Position numbers and translations under genes: made by a program
Source of the DNA: Heptranchias perlo
Lineage: Eukaryota
Length of the DNA stretch: 64,000 bases
Direction of reading: 5' to 3'
Assembly: GCF_035084215.1 (NCBI RefSeq)
Contig: NC_090348.1
Coordinates: forward strand, 34,100,001-34,164,000
The notes under the pieces: model-generated
The model's database searches: none
What the model saw: the letters and a program-made list of their open reading frames with translations, nothing else
What the model was told of the DNA's origin: nothing
In this document: positions 1-12,582 of the stretch, piece by piece
How positions within the stretch are numbered: the first letter of the stretch is position 1
Layout of the letters: each line of letters opens with the position of its first letter

Positions 1-2503
1 AGGAAACCTCCTGTTGATTACCACCTACCGCCCTCCCTCAGCTGATGAATCAGTCCTCCTCCATCTTGAGCACCATTTGGAGGAAGCACTGAGGGTAGCA
101 AGGGCACAGAATGTACTCTGGGTGGGGGACTTCAATGTCCATCACCAAGAGTGGCTCAGTAGCACCACTACTGACTGAGCTGGCAGAGTCCTGAAGGACA
201 TAGCTGCCAGACTGGGCCTTCGGCAGGTGGTGAGCCTACCAAGAGAGAAAAATCTACTTGACCTCGTCCTCACCAATACTGTCACAGATGCATCTGTCCA
301 TGACAGTATTGGCAGGAGTGACCACTGCACAGTCCTTGTGGAGACGAAGTCCCATCTTCACACTGTTGTGTGGCACTACCACCGTGCTAAATGGGATAGA
401 TTCAGAACAAATCTAGCTGCTCAAAACTGGGCATCCATGAGGCACTGTGGGCCATCAGCAGCAGCAGAATTGTATTCCAGTACAATCTGTAACCTCATGG
501 CCCGGCATATTCCTCACTCTACCATTACCAACAAGTCAGGGGATCAACCCTGGTTCAATAAGGAGTGTAGAAGAGCATGCCAGGAGCAGCACCAGGTACC
601 CAAAAATGAGGTACCAACCTGGTGAAGCTACAACACAGGACTACATGCATGCTAAACAGTGGAAGCAACGTGCTATAGTCAGAGCTAAGCGATTCCACAA
701 CCAACGGATCAGATCAAAACCCTGCAGTCCTGCCACACCCAGTAGTGAATGGTGGTGGACAATTAAACAACTAACGGGTGGAGGAGGCTCCGTGAACATC
801 CCCATCCTCAATGATGGCAGAACCCAGCACGTGAGTGCAAAAGACAAAGCTGAAGCGTTTGCAACCACCTTCAACCAGATGTGCCGAGTGGATGATCCAT
901 CTCGGCCTCCTCCCGAAATCCCCACCATCACAGAAGCCAGTCTTCAGCCAATTCGATTCACTCCACGTGATATCAAGAAACGGCGGAGTGCACTGGATAT
1001 AACAAAGGCTATGGGCCCCGACAACATCCCGGCTGTAGTGCTGAAGACTTGTGCTCCAGAACAGGCCGTGCCTCTAGCCAAGCTGTTCAGGTACAGCTAC
1101 AACACTGGCATCTACCCAATAATGTGGAAAATTGCCCAGGTATCTCTTGTCCACAAAAACCAGGACAAATCCAATCCGGCCAATTATTGTCCCATCAGTC
1201 TACTCTTAATCATTAGCAAAGTGATGGAAGGTGTCATCGACAGTGCTATCAGGTGGGTTCCGCCAGGGCCACTCGGCTCCAGACCTCATTACAGCCTTGA
1301 TCCAAACATGGACAAAAGAGCTGAATTCCAGAGGTGAAGTGAGAGTGACTGCCCTTAACATCAAGGCAGCATTTGACCAAGGAGCCCTAGTAAAATTGAA
1401 GTCAATGGGAATCAGGGGGAAAACTCTCCAGTGGCTGGAGTCATACCTAGCACAAAGATGGTAGTGGTTGTTGGAGGCCAATCATCTCAGCCCCAGGACA
1501 TTGCTGCAGGAGTTCCTCAGGGCAGTGTCCTAGGCCCAACCATCTTCAGCTGCTTCATCAATGACCTTCCCTCCATCATAAGGTCAGAAATGGGGATGTT
1601 CGCTGATGATTGCAGAGTGTTCAGTTCCAGTCGCAACCCCTCAGATAATGAAGCAGTCTGTGCCCACATGCAGCAAGACCTGGACAACATCCAGGCTTGG
1701 ACTGATAAGTGGCAAATAACATTCACGCCAGACAAGTGCCAGGCAATGACCATCTCCAACAAGAGAGTCGAACCACCTCCCCTTGACATTCAACAGCATT
1801 ACCATCTCCGAATCCCTCATCATCTACATCCTGGGGATCACCGTTGACCAGAAATTTAACTGGACCAGCCACATAAATACTGTGGCTACAAGAGCAGATC
1901 AGAGGCTGGGTATTCTGTGGCGAGTGACTCACCTCCTGACTCCCCAAAGCCTTTCCACCATCTACAAGGCACAAGTCAGGAATGTGATGGAATACTCTCC
2001 ACTTGCTTGGATGAACGCAGCTCCAAGAACACTCAAGAAGCTCGACACCATCCAAGACAAAGCAGCCTGCTTGATTGGCACCCCATCCACCACCCTAAAC
2101 ATTCACTCCCTTCACCACCAGCACACCGTGGCTGCAATGTGTACCATCTGCTGGATGCCACTGCAGCAACTCGCCAAGGCTTCTTCGACAGCACCTCCCA
2201 AACCCACGACCTCTACCACCTAGAAGGACACGGGCAGCAAGCATATGAGAACAACACCACCTGCATGTTCCCCTCCAAGTCACACACCATCCCGACTTGG
2301 AAATATATCACCGTTCCTTCATCGTCGCTGGGTCAAAATCCTGGAACTCCCTACCTAACAGCACTGTGGGAGAACCTTCACCACACGGATTGCAGCGGTT
2401 CAAGGCGGCGGCTCACCACCAACTTCTCAAGGGCAATTAGGGATGGGCAACAAATGCTGACCTTGCCAGTGACATCCAAATCCCATGAACGAACAAAAAA
2501 AAA
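1..2503 (+). mobile_element. Non-LTR retrotransposon (CR1-group, Zenon/Crack-like), decayed ORF2 (end of APE + RT) with 3' UTR and A-tail; 5' part runs off the window
   Basis: Frameshifted ORFs 227-625 (LLDLVLT..IGRSDH), 447-1337 (KAMGPDNIP, NYCPISLL), 1431-1847 (GVPQGSVLGP, FADD), 1783-2223 (YKAQVRNVMEY). Ends in an A-run at 2495-2503. Confidence 0.9.
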
Positions 2504-3010
2504 GTAGTGGTTTACAACAAATAAGCAGTCAAGGAGTGGTTCACATGACTCAAGTATGATAGTCTCACAAGTTACGTCAAACATTTCACGAACAGTTTAC
2601 TTTCCATAAACCATGTGATGATATGGATTCTGTTATACCTCTTGTCCAGATGAAGAAATATTTTTTAGTTAGACGCCTACTTTTAAAAATAATTCTTCAG
2701 CAATCAGTGTAAGGCAATACAATGCATTCTGTGATACAGTTCTTTAGCATTCCAGAAATGCTGAAGTCTCAGTGTGCATGTATGTGCACCATCGTTCACT
2801 TCACATCAACAGCAAGAGGAACCACAAAAAGAGGATACAACAAAAGGATGTAACTAGAGGGAACAAGGGAAACACAGTGAGTGTCTGGAAATAAAGCAGT
2901 AGGGAGTGGAAACATACAGCCTGTTAAAATGCAAAAGAGTAACACAAGATTTAGAAATAAATTGCAGAAGGCAAGAGAAACATGGGACAATGAGAGACAG
3001 CAAGAAGACA

Positions 3011-4670
3011 GTTACAAGGTAACATTGAGTAGACTTGGCCTGTATATTGAGTAGGCTAGGTCCGTATTCTCAAGTTTAGAAGAATGAGGGTTGATCTCAT
3101 TGAAACATACAAAATTGAGGAAGTAACGAGCAAGGTGGATAAAGGGGAACCAGTAGATGTAGTGTATTTGGATTTCCAAAATGCATTCAATAATGTGCAA
3201 TATAAAAGGTTACCGCACAAGGTAAGAGCTGATGGTGTTGGGGGTAATATATTAGCATGGATAGAGGATTGGCTAACTAACAGAAAAGAGAGTCAGGATA
3301 AAGGGATCATTTTCAGGATGGCAATCTGTAACTAGTGGGGTGCCGCAGGGATCAGTGCTGGGGCCTCAACTATTTACAATCTACATCAATGACTTAGATG
3401 AAGGAAGTGAGTGTACTGTGGCCAAATTTGCTGATGATACAAAGATAGGTGGAAAAGTAAGTTGTGAGGAGGACACAAAGTGTCTGCAAAGGGATATAGA
3501 TAGGTCAAGCGAGTGGGCAAAAATTTGGCAGATGGAGTATAATGTGGGAAAATGTGAAGTCACCCACTTTGGTAGGAACAATAAAAAAGCATTATATAAA
3601 TGGAGTAAGACTACAGAATGCTGCAGTACAGAGGGATTTAGGTGTCCTCGTACATGAAACACAAAAAGTTAGCAAGCAGCAAGTAATTGGGAAGGCAAAT
3701 GGAATATTGGCCTTTATTTCAAGGGGGATGGAGTATAAAACCAGGGAAGTCATGCTACAACTGTACAGGATGCTGGTGAAACCACACTTAGAGTACTGCG
3801 TACAGTTTTGGTCCCCTTATTTAAGGAAGGATATACTTGCATTGGAGGTGGTTCAGAGAAGGTTCACTAGGTTAATTCCAGGTATGGAAGGGTTTTCTTA
3901 TGAGGAAATATTGAGCAGGTTGGGCCTATGCTCACTTGAGTTTAGAAGAATGAGAGGAGGTCTTATTGAATCATAAAAGATTCTGAGGGTGCTTGACAGG
4001 GTAAATGCTGAGAGGATGTTTCCTCTCATAGGGGAATCTAGAACTAGAGGGCATAGTCTCAGAATAAGGGGTTGCCCATTTAAGACGGAGATGAGGAGAA
4101 ATTTCTTCTCTCAGAGGGTTGTGAACCTTTCGAATTCTTTGCCCCAAAGAGTGGTGGAGGATGATTCATTGAATATATTCAAGGCTGAGTTCAACACTTT
4201 TGATCAGCAAGGGAGTCAAAGGATAAAGGGAACAGGCGGGAAAGAATCAGATCAGCCATGATCTCATTGAATGGCGGAGCTGGCTCGAAGGGTCAAATGG
4301 CCTACTCCTGCTCCTATCTCTTATGTTCCTGTATAACATTCTTACAGGGCTCGACAGGCTAGATGCAGGGAGGATGCTTCCCTTGGCTGGGGAGTCTAGA
4401 ACCAGGGGTCACAGTCTCAGAATAAGGGGTAGGCCATTTAGGACTGAGATGAGGAGAAATGTCTTCACTCAGAAGGTTGTGGAGGCTCAGACATTGTGTA
4501 CACTCAAAACAGAGATCGATAGATTTCTAGATATTAAAGGTATCAAGGGATAAGGGGTTAGAGCAGGAAAATGGCATTGAGGTAGAAGATCAGCCATGAT
4601 CTTGTTGAATGGCGGAGCAGGCTCAAGGAGCTGGATGGCCTACTCTTGCTCCTATTTCTTATGTTCTTAT
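3011..4670 (+). mobile_element. Two CR1 LINE 3' fragments: inner copy about 3117-4330 within or next to an outer 3' fragment (3011-3116 + 4331-4670)
   Basis: ORFs 3084-3335 (VDVVYLDFQ), 3340-3657 (PQGSVLGP, KFADDTK), 3542-3976 ([15 protein letters not shown]), 4323-4553. Two CR1 tails (..CCTACTCCTGCTCCTAT(C/T)TCTTATGTTC) at about 4300-4330 and 4640-4670. Confidence 0.9.
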
Positions 4671-5829
4671 GTAACAGTGGGTAAAAGTGTAAAATGGAGG
4701 AATGGTAGTGAAAGGCTGGTATCTGGTATAACACTGCTCTCCCAAAACCAGCACAGCAAAACTAAAAGCACCCAAGTACTGGCTTCAGTAGACAAGGTAA
4801 TTTATTTGGGGGGTGAGGGGAATAAATGTAAATCCTTTGTTGAAAAATATAATAAAGTATCTCACTTCAATTTATTGTTAATTCTTGTTATAAAGAAAGT
4901 TCTCAACAGTTTACCTAGAATCTTACCCTTCCTCAGGGCAAAAACTTGCAAAATAAAAAACACTAAATTCTTCGGAGAGAAACTTGCAGTACGAATAGAC
5001 CCCATAACTGAACAGGATGGTACATGCAGTCAATGTACAGGCAAAAACTGTGGGAATTTTTTTTCCCCCCAGCTTTTGCTTCACCCATTCCAATAGTAGG
5101 ATTGTAGTCTATGTCCAATCCCAGACTGGCAGCTCCAAGGAAAGCACAATATATGCCAGTCAGCAGGCTACCATGGAGTATGTCAGTACTACTGATCTAT
5201 TAGGATCCAAAGAAAATAAAAAGTTGTTTGGCAAGTTTACAAAACCTAACAGAATGCCACACAGCCCAACAGCATTCCACTTCAAACTCTACCCGTTACT
5301 TTAGCTTTTGTGTTAAGTGTGCGAAGCAGCAGCTGTGTGTTCCCACAATACCCCCCCACACTTCACTGACACAACCGGCTCAATATTATATCACTAACAC
5401 GGGCCGTGTGAACAGAGAGAAAAGGAACAGATTCGATATCACACTGTGAACTACCACAAAAATCAGCACAACCGGCCGACCCAAGGCTTACAGGATGAAG
5501 CTCACGTGACAGACTCAATATGACCTTTGTCATGATAATAAATCAGAGCATGAGAGAGACCAACACGTCCACCGAACCAGGGGAGGGGAGGGGAGGGGAC
5601 ACAACAGGCTCTATGTACCCATTACTGGATCAGATTGGCGACCATCAGAGAGACCAGCATCAGTGGCTGAACCAGGGGGCAACAGGCTCGGTCACATTTA
5701 TAACTATCGGAAACCCTGGACACCTGAGGACTGAACTCAGGCTTTAAATACAGAAGTGGCCGAGTCTGTGGATCTTGACTGAACATTTTCGTTGAAATGT
5801 GGAGGGGCTGTAAGAATTCTCCTTTAATA

Positions 5830-6420
5830 AAGTGCAGCCCCCTCCTGTGACCGGGTCCGAGCCCCCTTTAACGATCCGGGGGCCGCGGGGAATTGACGAT
5901 CCCGAGCCGGGGACTATATTAGTAAAGTATTTGCACGCCGTGCCGAGGAGGGATCGTTTGTTTGTTTGTTTATTCCGCTCTGCCCCCGGCCCCCGGGCCC
6001 CCGGGCCCAGCCGCCTTGGCCCCCGCCTCGATTCCCGGCGGAGGTGGGAGCAGCGGGGCCTGGTTCAGAACCGGGGACAGCGGGAGTAGACGCAAACCAG
6101 CCAGCGGGTACAGGCACCTGTTACCCGGTTACATTCAACGCCCCCCCGGGCTCCTCTCACTTACCAGCCGCCTACGACCCGGTCCGGTCCGGTCCGGTCC
6201 GACTCGATCGAATCAACCGCCGCCGCTTCGACCCAACTATCGGCCAAAAAAATAAACCGTACAACGTCACCAGCAGCTCTTAAAGGGGCGGTCCTTAAAG
6301 GCAATGTGGGTGCCCAGGTCCACTTGGTTTCTCGAGGTAGTTACAGGTGAGGGAGGCTCTTCCATCCGTCGGCAGAAGAACGTACACTCCCCCCCCCCCC
6401 CCCCCCCAATCGCATCGACT
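5830..6420 (-). promoter_or_regulatory. CpG island promoter with probable non-coding first exon (3' end 6165) of an unidentified - strand gene
   Basis: Dense CpG/GC-rich tract; GC box GGGGCGG at about 6285-6291; CGTCA half-CRE near 6264-6269; strong - strand donor CTG|GTAAGTG at 6165/6164. No coding exon recognised downstream in this window. Confidence 0.7.
6179..6201. repeat. (CCGGT)4+ pentanucleotide repeat inside the putative first exon
   Basis: CCGGTCCGGTCCGGTCCGGTCCG read directly. Confidence 0.9.
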
Positions 6421-8030
6421 CCCAAACGATTGCAAGTTTTTTTTTTCCTCCAGTCTATCTTGAAACTTGTTCTGCCTGTTGATCACTCTTTGCATGATTT
6501 TGACCTTAAATTTGCATTTCACCAGTTTGAAGCCCTTTGTCCGACTGCCACAGTATAACTTGAAGTAGTGTTTTGGATTTGCCTTTTCTATAATATTTAT
6601 TATCTCGTATGCTTCTATTCAGATCCTCCTTTCGAGGCTGTAGTGCCCAAGTTTCTTAATTTTTTTCCCCTCATAATTCAGTCCTCTGACTCAAGGGGAT
6701 CGATCAGCTTTGTGATATTGAACAATTGTAAGGAGTCTTACAACACGAGGTGTGCTGGAGTGGCGCGTGTGTTCGTCGAGGCACAGGTTTTATTTGGATG
6801 AAATGGTTGTGTGATTCATATATTGCAACCAATGTGTTGTAGGAGAAAGGAAGGACTTGTTAAAAAATATTGATACGGTCATCCATGCAACTATTTTTCT
6901 CATTTTGTTGCTGTCCCGCCCGTTTCCGATTTTAACTGTACAAAGGTAACAGCCCTAATCTTTATTCCCCCAAGAACACTGAAGCCAATTATAGCAGTTC
7001 AAGAGTGGTCTGGTTGAGGTTAATTCAGTATCTTTCTTGTCTATGTGACTAATTACCACAACACATGGTGTAGGTATTGTGTTTTTTCCTGAATTTCCTG
7101 TATTTTTTTCAACTCTGTGCTCTTGTTGTGCTGAAGCAATGACTAGCAGGGAGGTTTTCCTTCTTGGAGGGAAATAAATAGAGGGCTGGCCAATGTTATA
7201 AGATAAATACCAGACATAGAACTCCCAGATCCTGAACAGGTTTTAATTTTAAAAAGATCCTAGTACATAAGGAAAAAATTGAAAGCTAATGTCATATATC
7301 TTAAAATGCACCATAAAGTATGGAAACATTGTAGTAGTCCCTGCAAATCCATTAAATCTCTTTCTTTTCTTTCCCTACTGATGATTTCTTCTTCACAGTA
7401 TTTGTATTATATAACATAGAAAAGTACGTTGCAGTATGTCTGGTTGGCTATGTTAGTTTGTAAACTAGTTTTTAACCACCAAAAGAGAGTATACTCAATA
7501 TAAAGATAGTCAAACAAATAAATAAAACATTCTAACAATTTAAAAGCTGTGTTATTTTTATATTTAAGTTCATCCAGGGTTTCTTCCATCCACATTTAGC
7601 TATCCACATCTATATATAGCTCAATTGAAATGTATTGGTACATTTTGCAACATTGTTCCCCATCACTGCCTGTCTATTTAATGGATAGGGCAATCCCTCC
7701 CACTGACCTTATAGCTGCTTCATGATGCATGACCTAAATTCAAGAACAGTCTACTCTTAATTAGAAATTTGCTTCATTCAAATTATCTGTTAACTCAAAA
7801 CATACAAAAATGGCTCCTGCTCTGATTTAGTTAAATTATTTCATTCGGATTACCAAACAATTCAAATTTCTTTCAAGGAAAAAAAATTACTTTGAATTTA
7901 CGAAGACAGATTGCATTAGAAAGAAACAAATAGAGATTGCGGTGCTTGGTAACCTTGGTGCCAAGTTGAAGACGTATTGTCTATGAGAAATTGCAACAGA
8001 AGTTTCTGATCCTTTGCCACCAACTCCATA

Positions 8031-8716
8031 GGGGAGGAATTTTAACCCCCCCCCGAGTCCAGCAGAAAGCGGCAGGGGTGGGTGTGGGGAGGTGGTTAAA
8101 ATGGAGTGGGGGATTTAACTGCTCCGTTCCAGCCCCAATCTCACCAATTGCAATTTTAAATTGCAGGCGACAAGTACATCCGCCCAAAGCCAGTGGGGTC
8201 TTCTTTAAATATGCAAATTGTGCTCTGATGCTGTCATTGGAGCCTCATCTACTATTTTAACCTAAGGCCTGAACTAGAGAGCAGTGGTGGCTTCTCTACC
8301 AGGTCTAACCTGCCAGCAGCCAGGGCCAGAAGAGACCCAGTGAGGTAAGTTCTTTAAAAAAATATCTTTAGTTTCTTTGTAGGCCAGGAAGTGCAGGTGT
8401 GCTTCTCCAGGCCCCATAAGGAAACATGGGACCTCCCCTGCCCAAGGATTCTCCCTCCCCTGATCGGGATTTCCCTTGTAGCCACATACCTTGTGCCGGG
8501 GACTGCTCCTGTGGGTTCCCAGTAGCAGCCTCCGAGCTACACAATTTTAACGGCCAGGCATCCACCGCTACTGCCAACTTCCCGGCCTTTTTTATCAGGA
8601 AGTGGCATGCTAATGAGGCCCAGCCACTAAAATCGGCCGAGCTTCCCTGCTGCCGCTCTCGGAAGGGCCAGACACTCGCTTGGCCACGTTCCTGCCCGGG
8701 AGATAAAATAAACCCC
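8031..8716. mobile_element. Non-autonomous DNA transposon (PIF/Harbinger-like MITE), degraded
   Basis: GC-rich block in AT-rich DNA, bounded by imperfect inverted ends GGGGAGGAATTTTAAC / GATAAAATAAACCCC. No coding capacity. Confidence 0.55.
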
Positions 8717-10204
8717 ACAATATCTGATTGAAATCAGCATTGTTGCTGCCCTTGGTCCCAGTGAGAATGAGTTAGGAAATTAGGAGTTAGGGCTATCGCG
8801 TCCTGTTTACCACTAGTGATAATCCTCTTAGTTCTATGCTGGTCAGCATTGTATAAAACATTAATAATAATAATATGGGAATTTAATTCCTTGATACTTG
8901 ATTAAGACAGAGGCTTCATCACGGAGTTGGTAGAAAGGGGATCAAAGAGAGAATTCTTTTGCTACATTGATTGGACTGTACCTAATTAAGAAAGCTGCCA
9001 TTATGCTTCATTATGGACATGGGAGGAAAATGAAGAGTAAGGAAGTTAGGGTTCTCATCAGTCTCTCTTATGGAAATAGAACATTCTACAGACAGTAGCA
9101 TGATATAATAATTATTTCCATTTATGGGCTTATCATAATCTACTTATATCTTCTTCACTTTTGAATTGTCTGATCAGTCTCACTTGCAGAAATATTGATC
9201 ATATAATATTCCTCCCTCCTGTCTTTATCAATCCAACAGATGAATTGTCCCATTTTCCTTTATTATTTCTGCTGAAGGCTCTCAACCCAAAACACTAACC
9301 TGCTGTGTATTTCCACATTTCTTGTTTTTATTTATCATCACTGTTGGCCATAATATATCCTATTTATAATACATGTAGTAGCTTTTCAACTGGGAAAAAA
9401 ATGTTCCTAGCTTAAGAAAATCAGTTGAGATTGTTTTATAATGTCAGTATATCATTGTTATGTCTGTGGTGAATAAAGGACACAAGACCTGACTGACTAT
9501 AAAACAGCTCAAATATATTATGCATGCAACTTAGTACATCCTATTCCTAATCCATGGGCATAGCTCACATTTTGTTCTGTACCTCCAGTCTCACTGATGT
9601 ATGGATCACAAAACATGAATAATTGCACTGCAATGTCATGCCACTGAGACTATGATTTTTAGCAAAGCAGCAGGGTGATCCAATTCAAGTACATTAGAAA
9701 TGTTCCCAAAGTATTTTCTGTATTTAAAAAATGAAGAGCAACATTATAGATTGTTTCAGAATTACTAAATAGAACTAAAAGGCTGCCATCATATTCCCTC
9801 ATCTCCTGCCCATTATAAAGTCACTGCCTGCCTTAGACATCCAGTAGATTTCCTGACTACTCTTAATGCTAGCTGTAAAATGCCATCATTGCATTGATTT
9901 CCATTTGGTTTTTTTTTGAAAAAGGAAGCTAAATCCAACTTTGAGAATAAAGACACTTCTATCAAGAGTTTAATGTTCAAGGGATATGTAAAGATTTCTT
10001 GAATTACTTTGCTTCTGGTATTTTTATCCCTTTTTCTGTCAGTGAGGCTATCTGTTCCGATGATGGAAACACAAAAGGATGAAGTCCCAGAGAAAAAGTC
10101 AACATGAATACAAACAGGAAACCTATTTCTGTTTAAAAATAGATGTGCAAAATAAGTAATTGATTCATATAAAGGGCTTTTTCCCCTTCAATGAAGATAT
10201 TGCA

Positions 10205-10500
10205 CTTTGCAAACATAGCGTTGGTCACTTACTTGACAAGTGTGTGCACTGCAGATTGGTTGATTTAGCAGATGTCTCTTGCAGTGGCTTGGAAGGATCT
10301 AGTAGCATGAAAGCTTCATGTTGTGGTAACATTCACTTCTACAGGGGTAGCTGCGCTGTTCTAGATGCTGTCTGTAGGTCATCCTGCAGCAGATGACCTC
10401 TGTGATAACCCCACTTGTGAAGTGGAGGTGGCAAAGTCAGATCTCTTCTGGCATGTTCATATTTGTATGGAAGGGTCTATAAACATAGGTCCCAGGTATT
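10205..10500 (-). mobile_element. Harbinger/PIF transposase (HARBI1-like) fossil
   Basis: Minus-strand 10345-10205 reads PVEVNVTTT*SFHATRSFQATARDIC*INQSAVHTLVK*VTNAMFAK, preceded by HLLQDDLQTASRT. This matches the Harbinger N-terminal HTH pattern (..ALxFxxxGSFQ...D..GISQ..S..V..VT.AL). Contains 3 stops. Confidence 0.75.
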
Positions 10501-11059
10501 GACAAATGCAGCCAAAACACCCTCAGTGTCACCTTTGTTGGCTCCTCGTGAACTTGTCTTCATCATCCAAATCATGCAGCATGAGTGGAACCTGCAAAGG
10601 AATATCCATCCTTACCACGTTGTACAGCATGATTTTAATGGCAGCAACCACCAGTAATGAAGCAAAGTACCAGCGGAAAAAAACCCAAAAGAAACAAATA
10701 TGATGGGCTATCCAACAAAAAGAACTAATGCAGAGAGCAAAAGGCAACAAAATCTAATTGAAAATGCAAAAAAAAGTGTAACAATACCGTGGAAGAGGCC
10801 AAGTCCCTGGATTACAGATGCAACCATTTTATATGGGTGACATGCACTGGAGGCAGACCCTTGCCCAAAGTTGTGAAACTCTACAGGGACATACCTAAAT
10901 AAATATTCTGTGAAAATAAAGCTCACGGCTTCCTGCTCATTTCAACTTTCAAGATTTCCCACCAGAAAATTTGAGATGTTGTAAATTGGGCACCTGAGAT
11001 CATGCACCCAATTGCATGACCCATGCCCATCACCATTGAGGCCCCATGCTGCTAGTGAG

Positions 11060-11845
11060 TCCACAAACTGTACCTTTGGCACTGATTCCATCCCCCTCCC
11101 TGGCCACTGTCTCAGTTCGAACCAGACTGTTCACAACCTTGGTGTTCTATTTGACCAAGAGCTGAGCTTCCAACCCCATATCCTTTCCATAACAAAGACC
11201 ACCTACCTCCATCTTTGTAGCGTTACCCACCTGCACCTCTACCTCAGCCCATCTGCTGCTGAAACTCTCATCAATGACATTTGTCATATCAAAACTCAAC
11301 CATTTCAATACTCTCCTGGCTGGTTTCCCATCCTCTACGCTCTGTAAACCTCAGCTCATACAAAACTCTGCTGCCCGTATCCTATGCCACATGAAGGTCT
11401 ACTCACGCATCAGTCGTCCTTGCTGACCTATATTGTCTCCCGGTCCCCCAACCTCTCCAATTTAAAATTCTCATCTTTGTCCTTATCTCCTTTCTTGAGC
11501 TCGCTGCTCCCTACCAGTTGAACCTCCTCCAGCCCTAAACCCCCTCAGAATTCTCCATTCCTCTGACTCTGGCCTCGTTTCGTCCACCCTCCCTTCACTC
11601 CACCATTGCCACTGTGCTTTCAGCCATTTAGGCCTCAAGCTCCGGAATTCCCTCACTAAACCCCTCCGCCTCGTCACCTCCCTCTCCTCCTTTAAAACCC
11701 ACCTCATTGACTGTGCTTTTAGTCACTCCTCCTAACATCTCCTTTTCTGGCTCAGCGTCCATTTTTGTCTGATTACACCTCTGTGAAGCGCCTTGAGCTG
11801 TTTTTCTACATTAAAGGTGCTATATAAATGCAAGTTGTTGTTGTT
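11060..11845 (+). mobile_element. L2-clade LINE 3' fragment
   Basis: ORF 11012-11347 (VHNLGVLFDQELSFQPHI..ITKTTYLHL). Tail GTGAAGCGCCTTG..AAAGGTGCTATATAAATGCAAGTTGTTGTTG. Confidence 0.8.
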
Positions 11846-12474
11846 AGTAGCCTGGTCTCTCCAAGTCTGCTTTGAATTTCAGTCTCCGTCAGTGTTTATG
11901 AGAGGCTTTTAAAAAATAAGACTCATGGAATTAATGGAAAATTAGCTAGTAGTGGGGGGCAGTGATTAGTAAAGAAGTGTCACCTAACACAACCTGACAT
12001 TTTTGGGTTTTTATGTTTCTCAAGTTGAACATCCTCTGGCCACTTCCATAAATATGCCTTCATTCCCTACAACCAGACTGTGTCTTTTCCTGCCTCGGTA
12101 AATGTAACAAGTCCAGGGGTTGACTAGAGAATCCTTGTCACTCTATTGACTTGCTGGATACACCACGTGGCCACATGTAACGGGAAACGTACCTTTTGGA
12201 TGGCAGCCTTCTTTAAGGACCACTGGTTTGACTGATGTGCAGCTGAAAAAACTGACTGCAGCATGTACAGCACATGTCCCCGGTTTGCATATGGAAAGGG
12301 ACTAATGGCAGTTTCAGGAGCGCGCCACGGATGCCTACTGAGCAGATCAATCCAAAAAGGCAGGTGGCACATCTTTGGCGCGGAATGAGCTCACATGCCG
12401 AACGCAAAATTGGACCCTTACGTGCCTGTTTTAAGCCTGTAAAATGGGCGCAGCGCAAGCAAAATTTGAAGCCT

Positions 12475-12582
12475 GTATTTTTGGTGGCATTACTTTTAGC
12501 ATGCAGAGTCAGTGAGTTGCATCCCCTCATTATAGACCAACCCTATTTTGTCTGGTACCCTGAGCAGGTAGTTCTTAAGACA
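12475..12582 (+). mobile_element. DIRS-type tyrosine recombinase fragment
   Basis: VFLVALLLACRVSELHPLIIDQPYFVWYPEQVVLKT resembles the DIRS YR box-I region (FLVAxxSARRVSELxAL..PYL.F..DKVVLRT). Directly preceded by a Harbinger-like MITE end (..AAAATTTGAAGCC, about 12200-12474). Confidence 0.6.

Noticed and set aside
447-2223. Possibility of an intact or domesticated RT gene
   Set aside because: Multiple frameshifts and internal deletions; a dead copy.
4596-5096. 166-aa ORF
   Set aside because: Starts in a CR1 3' UTR and runs into AT-rich DNA; no family resemblance.
5832-6283. Overlapping Pro/Gly/Arg-rich ORFs in the CpG island
   Set aside because: Expected from high GC content; non-ATG starts and no recognisable domain.
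8335-8352. Strong + strand donor GAG|GTAAGT
   Set aside because: Lies inside a MITE; no linked acceptor or reading frame.
10529-10926. Hydrophobic - strand ORFs resembling a membrane protein
   Set aside because: Hydrophobicity comes from T-rich sequence next to the Harbinger fossil; no consistent exon structure.
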